A stretch of DNA of 64,000 nucleotides from Thermoanaerobaculia bacterium (GTDB taxonomy: Bacteria > Acidobacteriota > Thermoanaerobaculia > UBA5066): positions 1,120,001 to 1,184,000 of the forward strand of contig CAVRAY010000001.1 in assembly GCA_963719225.1 (NCBI GenBank), read 5' to 3'. The position numbers were made by a program, and so were the translations under genes. Position 1 is the stretch's first letter. Each line of letters opens with the position of its first letter. Below, piece by piece: positions 1-9,956 of this stretch. The notes under the pieces were generated by a model. That model saw only the letters and a list, made by a program, of their open reading frames with translations. It was not told where the DNA came from and did not search any database.

Positions 1-35
1 TTATCTTACAACACGCTGCGCTATCCTCCCTTGCG

Positions 36-2129
36 ATGACGATCACGCCGGCCCAGGCCACGTACTTCGGCTTCCCCGGGACCCTTCTCTTCGCCCTGCT
101 GCTGCTCTCGGCGCTTGCCTTTTTCACGTACACCGTCTCGCGCCGGGTCCAGCTCCTCACGCTCGGCGGCTCCCGCGAAGACCGCCTCGACCGACCGCTC
201 GCGCGCCTCTGGCACATGGTCGAGTACGGGCTTCTGCAGCGGAAGATGTTCCGCGACCCGTACGCCGGCGTCTATCACGCGCTGATCTTCAGCGGCTTCA
301 TCGTCCTCCTCCTGCGCACGCTGACGCTCGTCTTCGAGGGCCTGTTTCCCGGGGCCGGCCTGCCGTTCCTTCCGGCGGGATTCTGGCGGGGATATCTCCT
401 TCTCAAGGACCTCGTCCTCGTGACGACGTTCGCCGGCGTCGTCCTCGCGCTCGCGCGCCGCCACGTCGTGAAGAAAGAGCGGCTCGATCCGTCCTTCGAC
501 GCGGACCTGATCCTCCTCCTCATCGGCTTTCTGATGGTGACGGACTTCGGCGCCGGCGCCGCGAAGATGGCGCTGGAGGCGGCGAAGACGCCCGCTTCGG
601 CCTTCGCCGCCCTCGCGGGAAACGCTCTCTGGGAGCCCCTGACCTATTCGCTCTCGAAGCAATTCTTTTCTTCTCTTTCTCCTTCTTCTCTCAACTCAAT
701 TTATTTCGGTTGCTGGTGGGCGCATCTCGTCGCGATCTTCGTGTTCGCGAACTACCTGCCGTTCGCGAAGCACTTCCACGTGATCACGGCCCTTCCGAAC
801 CTGTTCTTCGCGAAGCTCGAGCCCGCCGGGAAGATGACGACGTTCGACATCGAGAAGGCGGCCGAGGCCGAGAAGTTCGGCGTGTCGAAGATCGAGGACT
901 TCACCTGGAAGCAGAAGCTCGACATGTTCACGTGCACCGAGTGCGGGCGCTGCCGCGAGGTGTGCCCGACGCACCTCACGGGGAAACCGCTCACGCCGAA
1001 GGGCTTCATGGTGGACCTGCGCAACGCGCTCTACACGGACGCGGACGCGCTGATCGACGCCGACGCGGGCCGCGGCGACGGCTCGGCCGAGAAGGCGCTC
1101 GCGGCGCGGACGCCGCTCATCGGAGGCTGGATCGACGAGGAGACGATCTGGGCCTGCACGACGTGCCGCTACTGCGAGCACGCGTGCCCCGTGGGGATCA
1201 CGTACGTCGACAAGATCACCGACCTGCGCCGGCACCTCGTCCTCGAGAAGAGCGAGTTCCCGAAGGAGGCGCAGACCGCCTTCAACGGCATGGAGCGCCA
1301 GGGAAACCCGTGGAACCTCGCCGCCTCGGACCGCGCGGCGTGGACGAAGGAGCTGCCGTTCCCCGTCCTGACGATGGCCGAAGCGGGCGACGCGAAGGTC
1401 GACGTCCTCTTCTGGGTGGGCTGCGCCGGGTCGTACGAGGACCGGGGCAAGCGCGTGTCGCGGTCGCTCGCGCTCCTCCTCCACGAGGCCGGCGTGACGT
1501 TCGCGATCCTCGGGACCGAGGAGACGTGCACGGGCGACGCGGCGCGCCGGCTCGGGAACGAGTACCTCTTCCAGACGCTCGCGCAGCAGAACGTCGAGAC
1601 GATGAAGGGCTACGGCGTGACGAAGATCGTCACGAACTGCCCGCACTGCTTCAACACGCTCGCGAACGAGTATCCCGACTTCGGCGGCAAGTTCGAGGTG
1701 ATGCACGGGACCGAGCTCGTGTCGCGGCTCGTCACGGAGGGGCGGATCCGCCTCGTGAACGGGAAGGCGAGGTCGATCTCGTTCCACGATCCCTGCTACC
1801 TCGGGCGCCACAACGGCATCTACGACGCGCCGCGCGAGCTCCTGAACGCGATCCCTGGCATCCAGCTCAAGGAGCTGCCGAGAAGCCGCGCGAACGGCAT
1901 GTGCTGCGGCGCGGGAGGCGGGCGCATGTGGCTGGAGGAGACGATCGGGGCGCGCGTGAACCAGTCCCGTTTCGCCGAGATCGAGGCGAACGGGACCGAC
2001 GCGGTCGGCGTCTCGTGCCCGTTTTGCATGGTGATGCTCGGCAACGCGAAGACTGAGCTCGCGGGCAGGACCGAGGCGTACGACGTCCTCGAGCTGGCCG
2101 CCCGCGCGCTGCCCGTCCACCCGGCCTGA
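36..2129 (+). CDS. Membrane-bound Fe-S oxidoreductase, FadF/HdrD-like (TM domain, 2x[4Fe-4S], 2 CCG domains)
   Basis: N-terminal TM helices; CTECGRCREVCP and CTTCRYCEHACP ferredoxin motifs; WVGC...CTGD...CPHC and HDPC...CCGAGGG...CPFC CCG-type domains. Confidence 0.9.
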   Translation: MTITPAQATYFGFPGTLLFALLLLSALAFFTYTVSRRVQLLTLGGSREDRLDRPLARLWHMVEYGLLQRKMFRDPYAGVYHALIFSGFIVLLLRTLTLVFEGLFPGAGLPFLPAGFWRGYLLLKDLVLVTTFAGVVLALARRHVVKKERLDPSFDADLILLLIGFLMVTDFGAGAAKMALEAAKTPASAFAALAGNALWEPLTYSLSKQFFSSLSPSSLNSIYFGCWWAHLVAIFVFANYLPFAKHFHVITALPNLFFAKLEPAGKMTTFDIEKAAEAEKFGVSKIEDFTWKQKLDMFTCTECGRCREVCPTHLTGKPLTPKGFMVDLRNALYTDADALIDADAGRGDGSAEKALAARTPLIGGWIDEETIWACTTCRYCEHACPVGITYVDKITDLRRHLVLEKSEFPKEAQTAFNGMERQGNPWNLAASDRAAWTKELPFPVLTMAEAGDAKVDVLFWVGCAGSYEDRGKRVSRSLALLLHEAGVTFAILGTEETCTGDAARRLGNEYLFQTLAQQNVETMKGYGVTKIVTNCPHCFNTLANEYPDFGGKFEVMHGTELVSRLVTEGRIRLVNGKARSISFHDPCYLGRHNGIYDAPRELLNAIPGIQLKELPRSRANGMCCGAGGGRMWLEETIGARVNQSRFAEIEANGTDAVGVSCPFCMVMLGNAKTELAGRTEAYDVLELAARALPVHPA

Positions 2130-2161
2130 AACGGATTCGCGCGAGGGTGTAACCTTTCTGC

Positions 2162-2596
2162 ATGGCGGAGGACCCGAAAGTCCCGCGTGCGCCGACCCCG
2201 GCGGGCGGCACGCGGCCCGTACCGCGCATCGTGGGGCCCGTGGCGCCGCCCGTTTACACGGCGGGCGCGAAGCCCGGCGCGGCGCGCATCGCCTCGGAAG
2301 GGGCCGAGCCGCTCGTCACCGAAGGGATGAAGGCCCGTCGGCGCGACCTCGAGAAGAAGCGTCGCGTCGTCGCCTCGCTCCGCCAGGTCGAGGAGGAAGA
2401 AGCGACCGAACGCTGGCGGCGCGCGCGCGCCTGGATCTTCCGGCTCGTGGGCATTCTCGTCGCGCTCGGCGTTTACGCGAAGATCCAGTCGATGTACGGC
2501 AACCGGTGGCCGATGATGGCCGTGTGGATCTTCCTCGCGGTCGTCCTCGGCGTCGCCGTGTCCTGGCTGCTCTGGTACCTGGACTACTCCGACTAG
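2162..2596 (+). CDS. Hypothetical membrane protein with two C-terminal TM helices
   Basis: 144-aa ORF; TAACCT -10-like hexamer 6 nt upstream of ATG; hydrophobic C-terminal pair. Confidence 0.65.
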   Translation: MAEDPKVPRAPTPAGGTRPVPRIVGPVAPPVYTAGAKPGAARIASEGAEPLVTEGMKARRRDLEKKRRVVASLRQVEEEEATERWRRARAWIFRLVGILVALGVYAKIQSMYGNRWPMMAVWIFLAVVLGVAVSWLLWYLDYSD

Positions 2597-2886
2597 TCGT
2601 CGTCGAAGATCCCCTTCGGCTTCCCGGGATCGGCCTTCGCGCGCTCGAGCGCTTCCTTGAACGTCTTCTCGAGGATGCCGGCCTTGTTCTTCTCGCGCTC
2701 GACCGTCGCGGCGAAGAGGTCCTCGGCGCGCTCCTTGCGCCGCACGTTCTCCTTCGCGGCCTCCTCGAGCGACCCGAGCTTGTTCTTGGAGGACAGGGGC
2801 TCGTGCGACAGGACGGCCCCGGAGTCGGGGTCCACCTTCAGCGTCGAGCCGCAGTCGGGGCACAGCACGAGGAGGGTGTCGCTCAT
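2593..2886 (-). CDS. Small hypothetical protein with N-terminal CPDCG zinc-knuckle and coiled-coil tail
   Basis: CPxCG..L.VD motif followed by charged helical region; stop overlaps the convergent gene. Confidence 0.75.
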   Translation of the reverse strand: MSDTLLVLCPDCGSTLKVDPDSGAVLSHEPLSSKNKLGSLEEAAKENVRRKERAEDLFAATVEREKNKAGILEKTFKEALERAKADPGKPKGIFDDD

Positions 2887-2993
2887 GTCCGGGGGGAATT
2901 ATCCTCCGAACGTGAATTCCGAAGAAGGTACGGACTGGAAGAAGCGGCTGAAGGCGCTGGGAATCGTCAGAAAGAGGAAGAAAGGGAAGAAGA

Positions 2994-3030
2994 GAGAAGA
3001 TTCTCTTAGAAGGGAAGAGGGGAAGGGCGG
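2994..3030 (+). repeat. Copy of the dispersed purine-rich motif (34/37 identical to 39383-39419)
   Basis: GAGAAGATTCTCTTAGAAGGGAAGAGGGGAAGGGCGG. Confidence 0.8.
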
Positions 3031-3127
3031 CGCGGCCGCAGGCGTCCCGCATCGAAGCGAGGCGCCGGCGGCAGTCCCTCTTTCATTCGAAGAAAACCCC
3101 GGTGGTTCTCTTCGGACCTTACAGAAA

Positions 3128-3475
3128 GTGAGAAGCGGACAGGAAGGCGAAGACATCGCCTGCGCCCTACTAGCAGAGAATTCTCTCCTCGTCCTCGATC
3201 GAAATGTCCGGTACCGGGACGGGGAGATCGACATCGTCGCCCGGGACGGGGAGACGACCGTCTTCATCGAGGTCAAGCGCCGCCGGGACGCGGCGCTCGG
3301 CACGCCGGCCGAAGCCGTGACGCGGACGAAGCGCGCGCGCGTGTTGCGGGCCGCCCGCCGCTGGCTCGCGGCGCACCCTTCGCGGTCGGGCCTGGTGCGC
3401 TTCGACGTCGTCGCCATCCAGGACGATTCCCCCGACGTCGAATGGCTGCGCGGGGCGTTCGACGCGTCACGGTAA
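3128..3475 (+). CDS. yraN: YraN (UPF0102) family PD-(D/E)xK nuclease-like protein
   Basis: G..GE..A...L, RN.R...GEIDIVA, FIEVK, RFDVVAI motifs; start uncertain (GTG 3128 or ATG 2885 in the same frame). Confidence 0.85.
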   Translation: MRSGQEGEDIACALLAENSLLVLDRNVRYRDGEIDIVARDGETTVFIEVKRRRDAALGTPAEAVTRTKRARVLRAARRWLAAHPSRSGLVRFDVVAIQDDSPDVEWLRGAFDASR

Positions 3476-3485
3476 ATTGGAGCTC

Positions 3486-3517
3486 AAAAAACGGGGCCCG
3501 GCAGACGCCGGGCCCCG
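3486..3517 (-). terminator. Intrinsic terminator downstream of tRNA-Gly
   Basis: 11-bp stem CGGGGCCCGGC/GCCGGGCCCCG, 4-nt loop, followed by T6 on the minus strand. Confidence 0.85.
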
Positions 3518-3527
3518 GATTCGACTA

Positions 3528-3602
<75 letters not shown>

Positions 3603-3659
3603 TCAGGAGTTGCGGAGAATAAGGGACCGCTTCGGAACCGTCAAGGACGCGGAGCGGTC

Positions 3660-4070
3660 CTACGCGCGCTGTGCGCGCGGGTCGCGCGGGTTGGGCGTGG
3701 GCGAGAGGATCTCGCGGGGGCCGGGCGTCGGAGTCGGGACGATCTTGTCCCCCGGATTTCCGCCGGGAGTGCGGCTGATCCCCGGCGTCCTGAGCGGATC
3801 GAGCCTCGGGATTCCCGGCGTGCGCGAACCGCGCAGCTCGGGAGTCGGCATCGGCGTTGGGATGATCTCGCGCGCGGGACTCGCGGGCGGCGTCCCCTCC
3901 GGTCGCGGCGGAGGAGTCGTCTCGGGAGTGAGCTCGAGCCCCGGCACGGCCGTCGGCACAGGCGTCGCCGCGGGCGGAGGCACGGGAGTCGGCGGGGGCG
4001 TCGGCTCCTGCATCAGGCCCGCGATCGCGCTGCCCAGAGTCCCGGCCAGGATCAGCGCTTTGTAATTCAT
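3660..4070 (-). CDS. Pro/Thr-rich low-complexity secreted protein
   Basis: MNYKALILAGTLGSAIAG signal-like N-terminus, then repeated PTP/TPxP motifs; GGGAAGG SD-like upstream. Confidence 0.65.
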   Translation of the reverse strand: MNYKALILAGTLGSAIAGLMQEPTPPPTPVPPPAATPVPTAVPGLELTPETTPPPRPEGTPPASPAREIIPTPMPTPELRGSRTPGIPRLDPLRTPGISRTPGGNPGDKIVPTPTPGPREILSPTPNPRDPRAQRA

Positions 4071-4125
4071 GCCCTTCCCGATGAGCGGGAGGCACGGCAC
4101 ATGCCAGCGATACCTTCCTCGCGCG

Positions 4126-4548
4126 TCACGCGGCGGCGCGGACGACCACGACCGGGCAGAGCGCCTCGCAGACGACGCGCATCGCCACGCTGCCGAAGAC
4201 GAGCCGCGAGACGCCCGTCCGGCCCTGCGTGCCGAGGACGAGGAGCGCCGCGTTCGCCCGGGCCGCCGCTTCCACGATCGCCGTGTGCGGAGTGCCGTCG
4301 AGAAGCTCGATGCGCACCCTGACGCCGGCGGCTTCGGCCCGCCGCCGCAGGGCCTCGAGCTTCTTCAGGCAGATCGCGCGAAGCGGCGCGACTTCGCCGA
4401 TGCCGGTGTCGAGGAGGACGGAGGTCGGGATGACGTGCGCCACGACGAGCTCGGCCGAGCGGAGCCTCGCCTCGTCGAGCGCCGTGAGGAACGCCCGGTC
4501 GGATGCGGGCGAGAAGTCCGTCCCGAAGAAGATCGTTCCGTCGCTCAT
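4126..4548 (-). CDS. Universal stress protein (UspA family)
   Basis: GTDFSPAS start and LLVLGTQGRTG..RLVFGSVA..VV..A.CPVVVV signature. Confidence 0.93.
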   Translation of the reverse strand: MSDGTIFFGTDFSPASDRAFLTALDEARLRSAELVVAHVIPTSVLLDTGIGEVAPLRAICLKKLEALRRRAEAAGVRVRIELLDGTPHTAIVEAAARANAALLVLGTQGRTGVSRLVFGSVAMRVVCEALCPVVVVRAAA

Positions 4549-4570
4549 GAGTCCTCCGATCCCGGCCCGA

Positions 4571-5026
4571 TCAGCCGCGGGCCTTGCCGGCTTTTCTCGG
4601 CCGTCCGATCTTCGCCACGCGCCTGGTCCGGGTCGCGCGCGCCGGCGTCGGCGGCTGCTCGGCGAGGAGGCGGAGGAGGTCGGAAACGGTGACGATGCCG
4701 GCCAGCTTGCCGTCCGCCTCGATCACGGGCAGACAGCCGATGTTCCAGCCGCGCATGACGTTCGCCGCCTGGCGCACGGGCATGCTCGGCGTCGCCTTGA
4801 CCGCGTACGCCGTCATCATCGCGGAGATCGGACGTATGCGGCGGATCTCGTCGCGATCGCGTCCGCCGAGGTCGCGCGCGGAAACGACGCCGACGACTTC
4901 ACCGCCTTCGCCGGTCACGACGAGATGGTGGATTCGCTTCCAGCGCATCAGATTCCACGCCGCCTCCGCGTTCTCCCGATGGGAGACGGTCTGGACGCGC
5001 CTGGTCATGATGTCCTGGACTCGCAT
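4571..5026 (-). CDS. CBS-domain pair protein
   Basis: V.DIMT, IHHLVV...VVGVVS.RDL, IGCLPVI...LAGIVTVSDLL. Confidence 0.92.
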   Translation of the reverse strand: MRVQDIMTRRVQTVSHRENAEAAWNLMRWKRIHHLVVTGEGGEVVGVVSARDLGGRDRDEIRRIRPISAMMTAYAVKATPSMPVRQAANVMRGWNIGCLPVIEADGKLAGIVTVSDLLRLLAEQPPTPARATRTRRVAKIGRPRKAGKARG

Positions 5027-5052
5027 GGGAAACCCCCTCTATACGATCGGGA

Positions 5053-5068
5053 CGTGACGCACCTCACG
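5053..5068. promoter_or_regulatory. CRP/FNR-family-like operator CGTGA-N6-TCACG
   Basis: Perfect 5-bp inverted repeat with 6-nt spacer between the divergent CBS/USP and hemerythrin genes. Confidence 0.55.
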
Positions 5069-5166
5069 CCATGAGCCACCTGAATCAGGCACACTCGCGA
5101 CGGGCGTTCGCCCGGTTGTGCTCACGCCGTATCATTTCGGATGTACAAGGGAAGAGGAGGAGATCG

Positions 5167-5571
5167 ATGGCGATGGCCGCAGGCCGGAAAGACGTTCCCG
5201 GCCTCCCCGAGATCGAGCGGGAGCACGATCTCCAGGTCGCGCTCGTGGATGCGTTCGAGAGAGCCGTGGGGGCGAACGAGCGCATCGTGGCCGGGAAGAT
5301 CCTCGAGGAGATGGCCGATCTCTTCGAGACGCACTTCCTCGCCGAGGAGCTCGTCATGCGGTTGCATCAGTACCCCGCTTTCGAAGAGCACGCCGCCGAG
5401 CACGTGAGGCTGATCCGCGAGATGAACGAGCTCCTGCGCCTGAACACGGCCGGCACGCTCGAGATCACTCTGGACCTCGCCGAGCGCCTCCGGCGCACGC
5501 TCACGAGTCATCTTCGCGGGGCCGACCACGCCTTCGCGACGTTCATGCGCCGCGAACGCGTGGCGACCTGA
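5167..5571 (+). CDS. Bacteriohemerythrin
   Basis: EH..., HFLAEE..M, YP...EH..EH, H...AD iron ligands; GAGGAG SD before ATG 5167. Confidence 0.88.
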   Translation: MAMAAGRKDVPGLPEIEREHDLQVALVDAFERAVGANERIVAGKILEEMADLFETHFLAEELVMRLHQYPAFEEHAAEHVRLIREMNELLRLNTAGTLEITLDLAERLRRTLTSHLRGADHAFATFMRRERVAT

Positions 5572-5593
5572 CCGACCCCAAGAAAAATCCTTC

Positions 5594-8500
5594 CTACCAG
5601 AGCAGGTGGACTCCGAGCTGTACCTGGCGCGGGTCGCCGAGGCCGCTCTGAACGGTGCCGTCGAAGTTGAAGAGCAGTGACGTCGACTCCGGCTTCCTGA
5701 GGTTCTTGCTGTTGAAGAGGTTGAACACCTCGACGATGGGCTCGATCGTGAGCCCTCCGGCGGCGAACGCACGGGAGATCCTGAGATCGAGCGAGTTGAA
5801 CTGGTTGTCCTTGCGGCCGAGGTTGCGCGTCGTGACGGAGCCGTCCGGGTTGATCCGGTCCGTCGGCGGCGACAGAACCGAGTCGGCGCCCGTCCCCGTG
5901 ATCGACTTCGGCTGCGCGGAGCGGTACGACCAGCGCGCGTTCACGTTGACCTCGCCGGGCGCCTTCCAGAGGACGTAGGCGTTCACGCGGTGCCGCTGGT
6001 CGCGGTCCGAGTAGCCGTACTCGGCGTCGAGGTCCGTGACCTTCGCGTAGCGGAGCGTGAAGGGGTCGCGCTCGTTGTCGTCATCCGACTTGTCCCACGA
6101 GAGCGTGTAGAACGCCTGGAACTCGAAGTTGTTCGTGAAGCGCCTGATGAGCCCGAGCGTGATCCCGTTGTAGACGCTGTGGCCCGTCGACTCGACCGTC
6201 GTGAGCGAGCCGACGCCGTTCGTGCCGTCGGCGCCGAGGCCCGTCGACCAGGGCGAGCCGAGGAGAGGGTCGTTGCGGTCGATGAACCGCGTGATGTTGA
6301 CCGTGTGGGCATAGTTGTACTTGAGCGAGACGGCGACGTCGGGCGCGACCTCGCGTTCGATCGCCAGAGCGGCGCTGTACGTCCGCGGGTTCTTGAAGTC
6401 CTTGCTGAACACGTACACGCCCGGGTGGTCGGGGACGGCCGGCAGGGAGGAGAGCGGAATGAGGTTCGGATACGCGGGAACCGGCAGGCCGAACGGCGTC
6501 AGGAAGCTCGCGCGGAACACGTCGTACCCGAGGCTGCCGTTCGTCGAGCGCGTCGAGGCGAGGTTCAGTCCGGGCACGCGGCCCGAGAAGATACCGGCGT
6601 TCGCGCGCAGGACCGTCTTGCCGTCGTTCTTCGGGTCGAACGTGATCCCGAGCCGGGGCTGCCACATCGAATAGTCGGACGGGATCTTGCCGTCGGACGG
6701 GAATTCCTGGCCCTTCGAGGTCTTGCCGATGAAGCCGGCGAAGAAGACCTTGTCGGGCGGCGTGATCGGGTCAGGCTCGATCTGCGCCTCCCAGCGCAGG
6801 CCGACGCTGATCGTGAGGTTCGGCAGCGGCTGCCATTTGTCCTGGAGGAACACGGCCGGCTCGTGCTGGACGATGTCCTGAGTGCCGGCCTCGTCGATCG
6901 TGAGGCCCGGTCCCGGCACGTGCTGCAGGTAGAGCGCGACGGGCCCCGTGATCGACGCTCCCGCCGGGCAGTTCCCGGTGTTGTTCGACGTGCCGTCCGA
7001 GCACTCGACGTACAGGTTGTTCTTCGTGAAGTTCAGGAATCCCTGGACCGAGCCGAAGATGACGCGGCCGTTCGCGAAGCCCCGGAACGTCTGCGCCGCG
7101 TTCGTCCGGTTGTACTCGACGCCCGCCTTGATCGTGTGGCTGCCCATGAGGAACGTGACGTTCTCGTTGAGCTGAAGGCGCGTGTCGTGGTAGTCGACGG
7201 GGATGAAGAACGGCTCGCCGAACCGGTAACCGTGGGCGAAGTCGACACCCGTGTCGGGGAAGGGGCGCTCGCCGCCGGGCACCGTCGGACCCTCGTACGG
7301 GCGAGGCCTGTCCTCGCGCGCCCACTGGAAACGAAATTCGTTCAGGAGGTTGCTCGTGAAAGTCGAGTTCAGAGAGCCGCTGCCGGCGTTCGAGTTCACG
7401 TCCTCGATCGCGTTCGAGCTGCGCGCCCATGGATCCACGTCGAACGTGCCGTTCACCTGCTCGGACCACGTGTAGTTGTACTTGAGGGAGAAGAGGTGCT
7501 GCTCGCTCGCCTGCCAGTCGAACTTCGCGAGGAAAACACGCGCGTCGTTCGTCCGGTCGATCGGACCGTTCTCGTTCGGTGCGCCGACCGAGGCGAAGTA
7601 CGACACGAGAAGAGGATCGATGCGGTTCGGGTCCGTCTGCTTCGTCGAGCGCCCGCGCTGGTAGTCGAAAGCCGTGAAGAAGAAGATCTTGTCCTTCACG
7701 AACGGCCCGCCGAGCGTGAAGCCGGCCTGGAGCTGGTTCGAGTCGAACTTCTCGGCGGAGCTGCCGTCCGGCTTGACGGCGGCCGAGGACAGGCTGTCGT
7801 TCTTGAAGTAGCCGTGGACGCTCCCGTGGATCTCGTTCGTGCCGGACTTCGTCACGACGTTCACGAAGCCGGAGCTCGCGCGCCCGAACTCCGCATTCGC
7901 GCCGTCGGAGACGACCACGACCTCCTTGACCGCGTCGAGGTTGAACGTGAAGGCTGGCCGCTGCCCGCCTCTCTGCTCGCCGAAGAACGGATTGTTGTAG
8001 TCCGCGCCGTCCACCGAGACGTTGTTGTTGATGCCCTTCTGACCGTTCACCGAGAGCTCGTCGCCGTCGGGGCCCTGGACGATCGTCACGCCGGGCGTCA
8101 GCTTCGTGAAATCGAGGTAGTTCCGGCCGTTGTTCGGAAGGCCCTTGATCGCGGCTGAGTCGATCTGCGTCGAGCCCTCGGTCCGCGTCGTCTCGACGAC
8201 GGGAGCCGCGCCGGTCACGGTCACGGACTCAGCCCTCTGGGAGAGCCTGAGTGCGAGTCCGGTGAGGTTGATCGTCTGGCCGACGCCGAGGTCGAGTCCC
8301 TCGCGGACGAGCGTCGTGAAGCCCGCGAGGCTCACGGTCACCCGGTAGGGGCCGAGAGGCAGGGCCACGCCGCGGAAGCGGCCGTCGGGGCCCGTCGTCG
8401 TCGCCTTCTCGAAGTTCGTGGCCGTGTTCCGGAGCGCGACCGAGGCTCCCGGAAGAGGAGCACCGGCCTCGTCGGAGACGGTGCCCTCGATGACGCCCGT

Positions 8501-8602
8501 CGTGGCCTGTGACTGGGCGAGCACGACTCCCGGCAGCGCCGCGAGGAGAAGGAACAGACCGACGACTCCCGTTCGAAAACATCGCATGACAGCCTCCGAC
8601 AC
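5594..8602 (-). CDS. TonB-dependent receptor, Oar-like, with carboxypeptidase-regulatory N-domain
   Basis: Signal peptide, G.I.GTV.D..GA.LPGA.V, LP.NGRNYLD, VVTKSGTN..HGS, C-terminal PRQVQLG..L.W; start may be 8587. Confidence 0.93.
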   Translation of the reverse strand: MSEAVMRCFRTGVVGLFLLLAALPGVVLAQSQATTGVIEGTVSDEAGAPLPGASVALRNTATNFEKATTTGPDGRFRGVALPLGPYRVTVSLAGFTTLVREGLDLGVGQTINLTGLALRLSQRAESVTVTGAAPVVETTRTEGSTQIDSAAIKGLPNNGRNYLDFTKLTPGVTIVQGPDGDELSVNGQKGINNNVSVDGADYNNPFFGEQRGGQRPAFTFNLDAVKEVVVVSDGANAEFGRASSGFVNVVTKSGTNEIHGSVHGYFKNDSLSSAAVKPDGSSAEKFDSNQLQAGFTLGGPFVKDKIFFFTAFDYQRGRSTKQTDPNRIDPLLVSYFASVGAPNENGPIDRTNDARVFLAKFDWQASEQHLFSLKYNYTWSEQVNGTFDVDPWARSSNAIEDVNSNAGSGSLNSTFTSNLLNEFRFQWAREDRPRPYEGPTVPGGERPFPDTGVDFAHGYRFGEPFFIPVDYHDTRLQLNENVTFLMGSHTIKAGVEYNRTNAAQTFRGFANGRVIFGSVQGFLNFTKNNLYVECSDGTSNNTGNCPAGASITGPVALYLQHVPGPGLTIDEAGTQDIVQHEPAVFLQDKWQPLPNLTISVGLRWEAQIEPDPITPPDKVFFAGFIGKTSKGQEFPSDGKIPSDYSMWQPRLGITFDPKNDGKTVLRANAGIFSGRVPGLNLASTRSTNGSLGYDVFRASFLTPFGLPVPAYPNLIPLSSLPAVPDHPGVYVFSKDFKNPRTYSAALAIEREVAPDVAVSLKYNYAHTVNITRFIDRNDPLLGSPWSTGLGADGTNGVGSLTTVESTGHSVYNGITLGLIRRFTNNFEFQAFYTLSWDKSDDDNERDPFTLRYAKVTDLDAEYGYSDRDQRHRVNAYVLWKAPGEVNVNARWSYRSAQPKSITGTGADSVLSPPTDRINPDGSVTTRNLGRKDNQFNSLDLRISRAFAAGGLTIEPIVEVFNLFNSKNLRKPESTSLLFNFDGTVQSGLGDPRQVQLGVHLLW

Positions 8603-8626
8603 TTCGCTTCGCGGAATGGCGGAACC

Positions 8627-9952
8627 CTATGGGGAGGCCAGTTTCGAGTCAAGTAAATTTGTTTGAGGCTCATTCGCAAGCGCCTTCTGCTTCCGCCCGA
8701 GCGCGAGCGCGTTCGCGACCCACACGCCGGCCACGGGGAGGAAGAGCCACGCGAAGCCCAGCGGCGAGAGCCCGAGGAAGGCCACGAGCCGGTCGGCGAG
8801 CGCGCCCAGCGCATCGCCGCTCCGGTAGACGAACGTGTCGATGAAGCTCTTCGCCGTGTATTTCTCCTCGCGGGGCACGACGGTGAAGAGGGCCTCGCGC
8901 GCCGGCTTCACGAGCGCGAACTCGCTCGCCCGCCGGAGGACCTGGACGGCGAAGAGCGTGTTCGCCGTCGACGAGGCGCCGAGCGCGAAGAAACCCGCCG
9001 CTGTGACGGCCGGCAGCAGCGCGAGCGCCGGACCGAGGCCGACGGCCGGCAGGAGGCGCCCCGTCAGGAAGAGCTGCGTGACGGCGGTCAGGACGTTCAC
9101 GACGAGGTCCGCCTTGGCGAAGAAGGCGGTACGGGAGCCGGCGTCGTGGAACTCGCTCCGCACGATTCGCGCCTGCGCGAGATACAGGAAGGTCGAGCCG
9201 ACCGTGAAGAGCAGGAGGAAGCCCGCGATGCCCAGGAGGTACCGCGACTTCAGGAAGAGCGTCAGGCCCGAGAGCGCGCCCGTGCCGGGCGGAAGGCCGT
9301 CGCCGCTCCCGGCCGCCCGCTCGGCGGCGCCCGCGTCCACGCCGTAGATCGCCGCGAGCCGGTGGAGGCAGACGACGCCGGCCTCGAAGAGGGCCGCCGC
9401 GACGAGGAGCAGCGGGACGGGGCCGAGGCGCCGCGCGAGCACGACCGTCACGGCGCCGCCCAGGATGCCGCCCAGCGTGCCGCCGAGGCCGATGGCTCCG
9501 AAGAGGCGCTTGGCCTGCTCGGAACGGAAGAGGTCGGCGAGGAAGCCCCAGAAGACCGACACGACGAGGAGGTTGAAGACGCTCGCGTACACGAAGAAGA
9601 ACCGCCCCGCGGCGAGGCGCGCGGGGCCGCCGAGGAACGTGAGGAGCCCGTAGAACGCCACGAAGCTCGCGGCGAACGCGTGCATGACCGCCGGGACGAA
9701 CACGCGCCGGGGGGTGCGCTCGACGAGGGCTCCGAACAGCGGATTGACGACGAGCGTGCCCGCGAGCGTTCCGAAGAAGAGCCAGTTCAACGCGAAGCCG
9801 CTTCCCGTCGAGGCACCCATCTCGTCGCGGAGGGGCCGGATGACGTAATAGCCCGCGAGGATGAAGAAGAAGGAGAGCGCGGACCAGACGAGGCCCGCGC
9901 CCTCTCCGGGCTCGATCTTCACGAGGCGGGAAAGCGCGCGCCGCCCCCGCAC
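8627..9952 (-). CDS. Npt1/TLC (ATP/ADP-translocase-like) MFS transporter
   Basis: YYVIRPLRDEM, VSVFW....D.F..EQAKRLFG.I, KPARE.LFTVV.REEKY.AK.FIDT.VYR. Confidence 0.88.
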   Translation of the reverse strand: MRGRRALSRLVKIEPGEGAGLVWSALSFFFILAGYYVIRPLRDEMGASTGSGFALNWLFFGTLAGTLVVNPLFGALVERTPRRVFVPAVMHAFAASFVAFYGLLTFLGGPARLAAGRFFFVYASVFNLLVVSVFWGFLADLFRSEQAKRLFGAIGLGGTLGGILGGAVTVVLARRLGPVPLLLVAAALFEAGVVCLHRLAAIYGVDAGAAERAAGSGDGLPPGTGALSGLTLFLKSRYLLGIAGFLLLFTVGSTFLYLAQARIVRSEFHDAGSRTAFFAKADLVVNVLTAVTQLFLTGRLLPAVGLGPALALLPAVTAAGFFALGASSTANTLFAVQVLRRASEFALVKPAREALFTVVPREEKYTAKSFIDTFVYRSGDALGALADRLVAFLGLSPLGFAWLFLPVAGVWVANALALGRKQKALANEPQTNLLDSKLASP

Positions 9953-9956
9953 GCCG

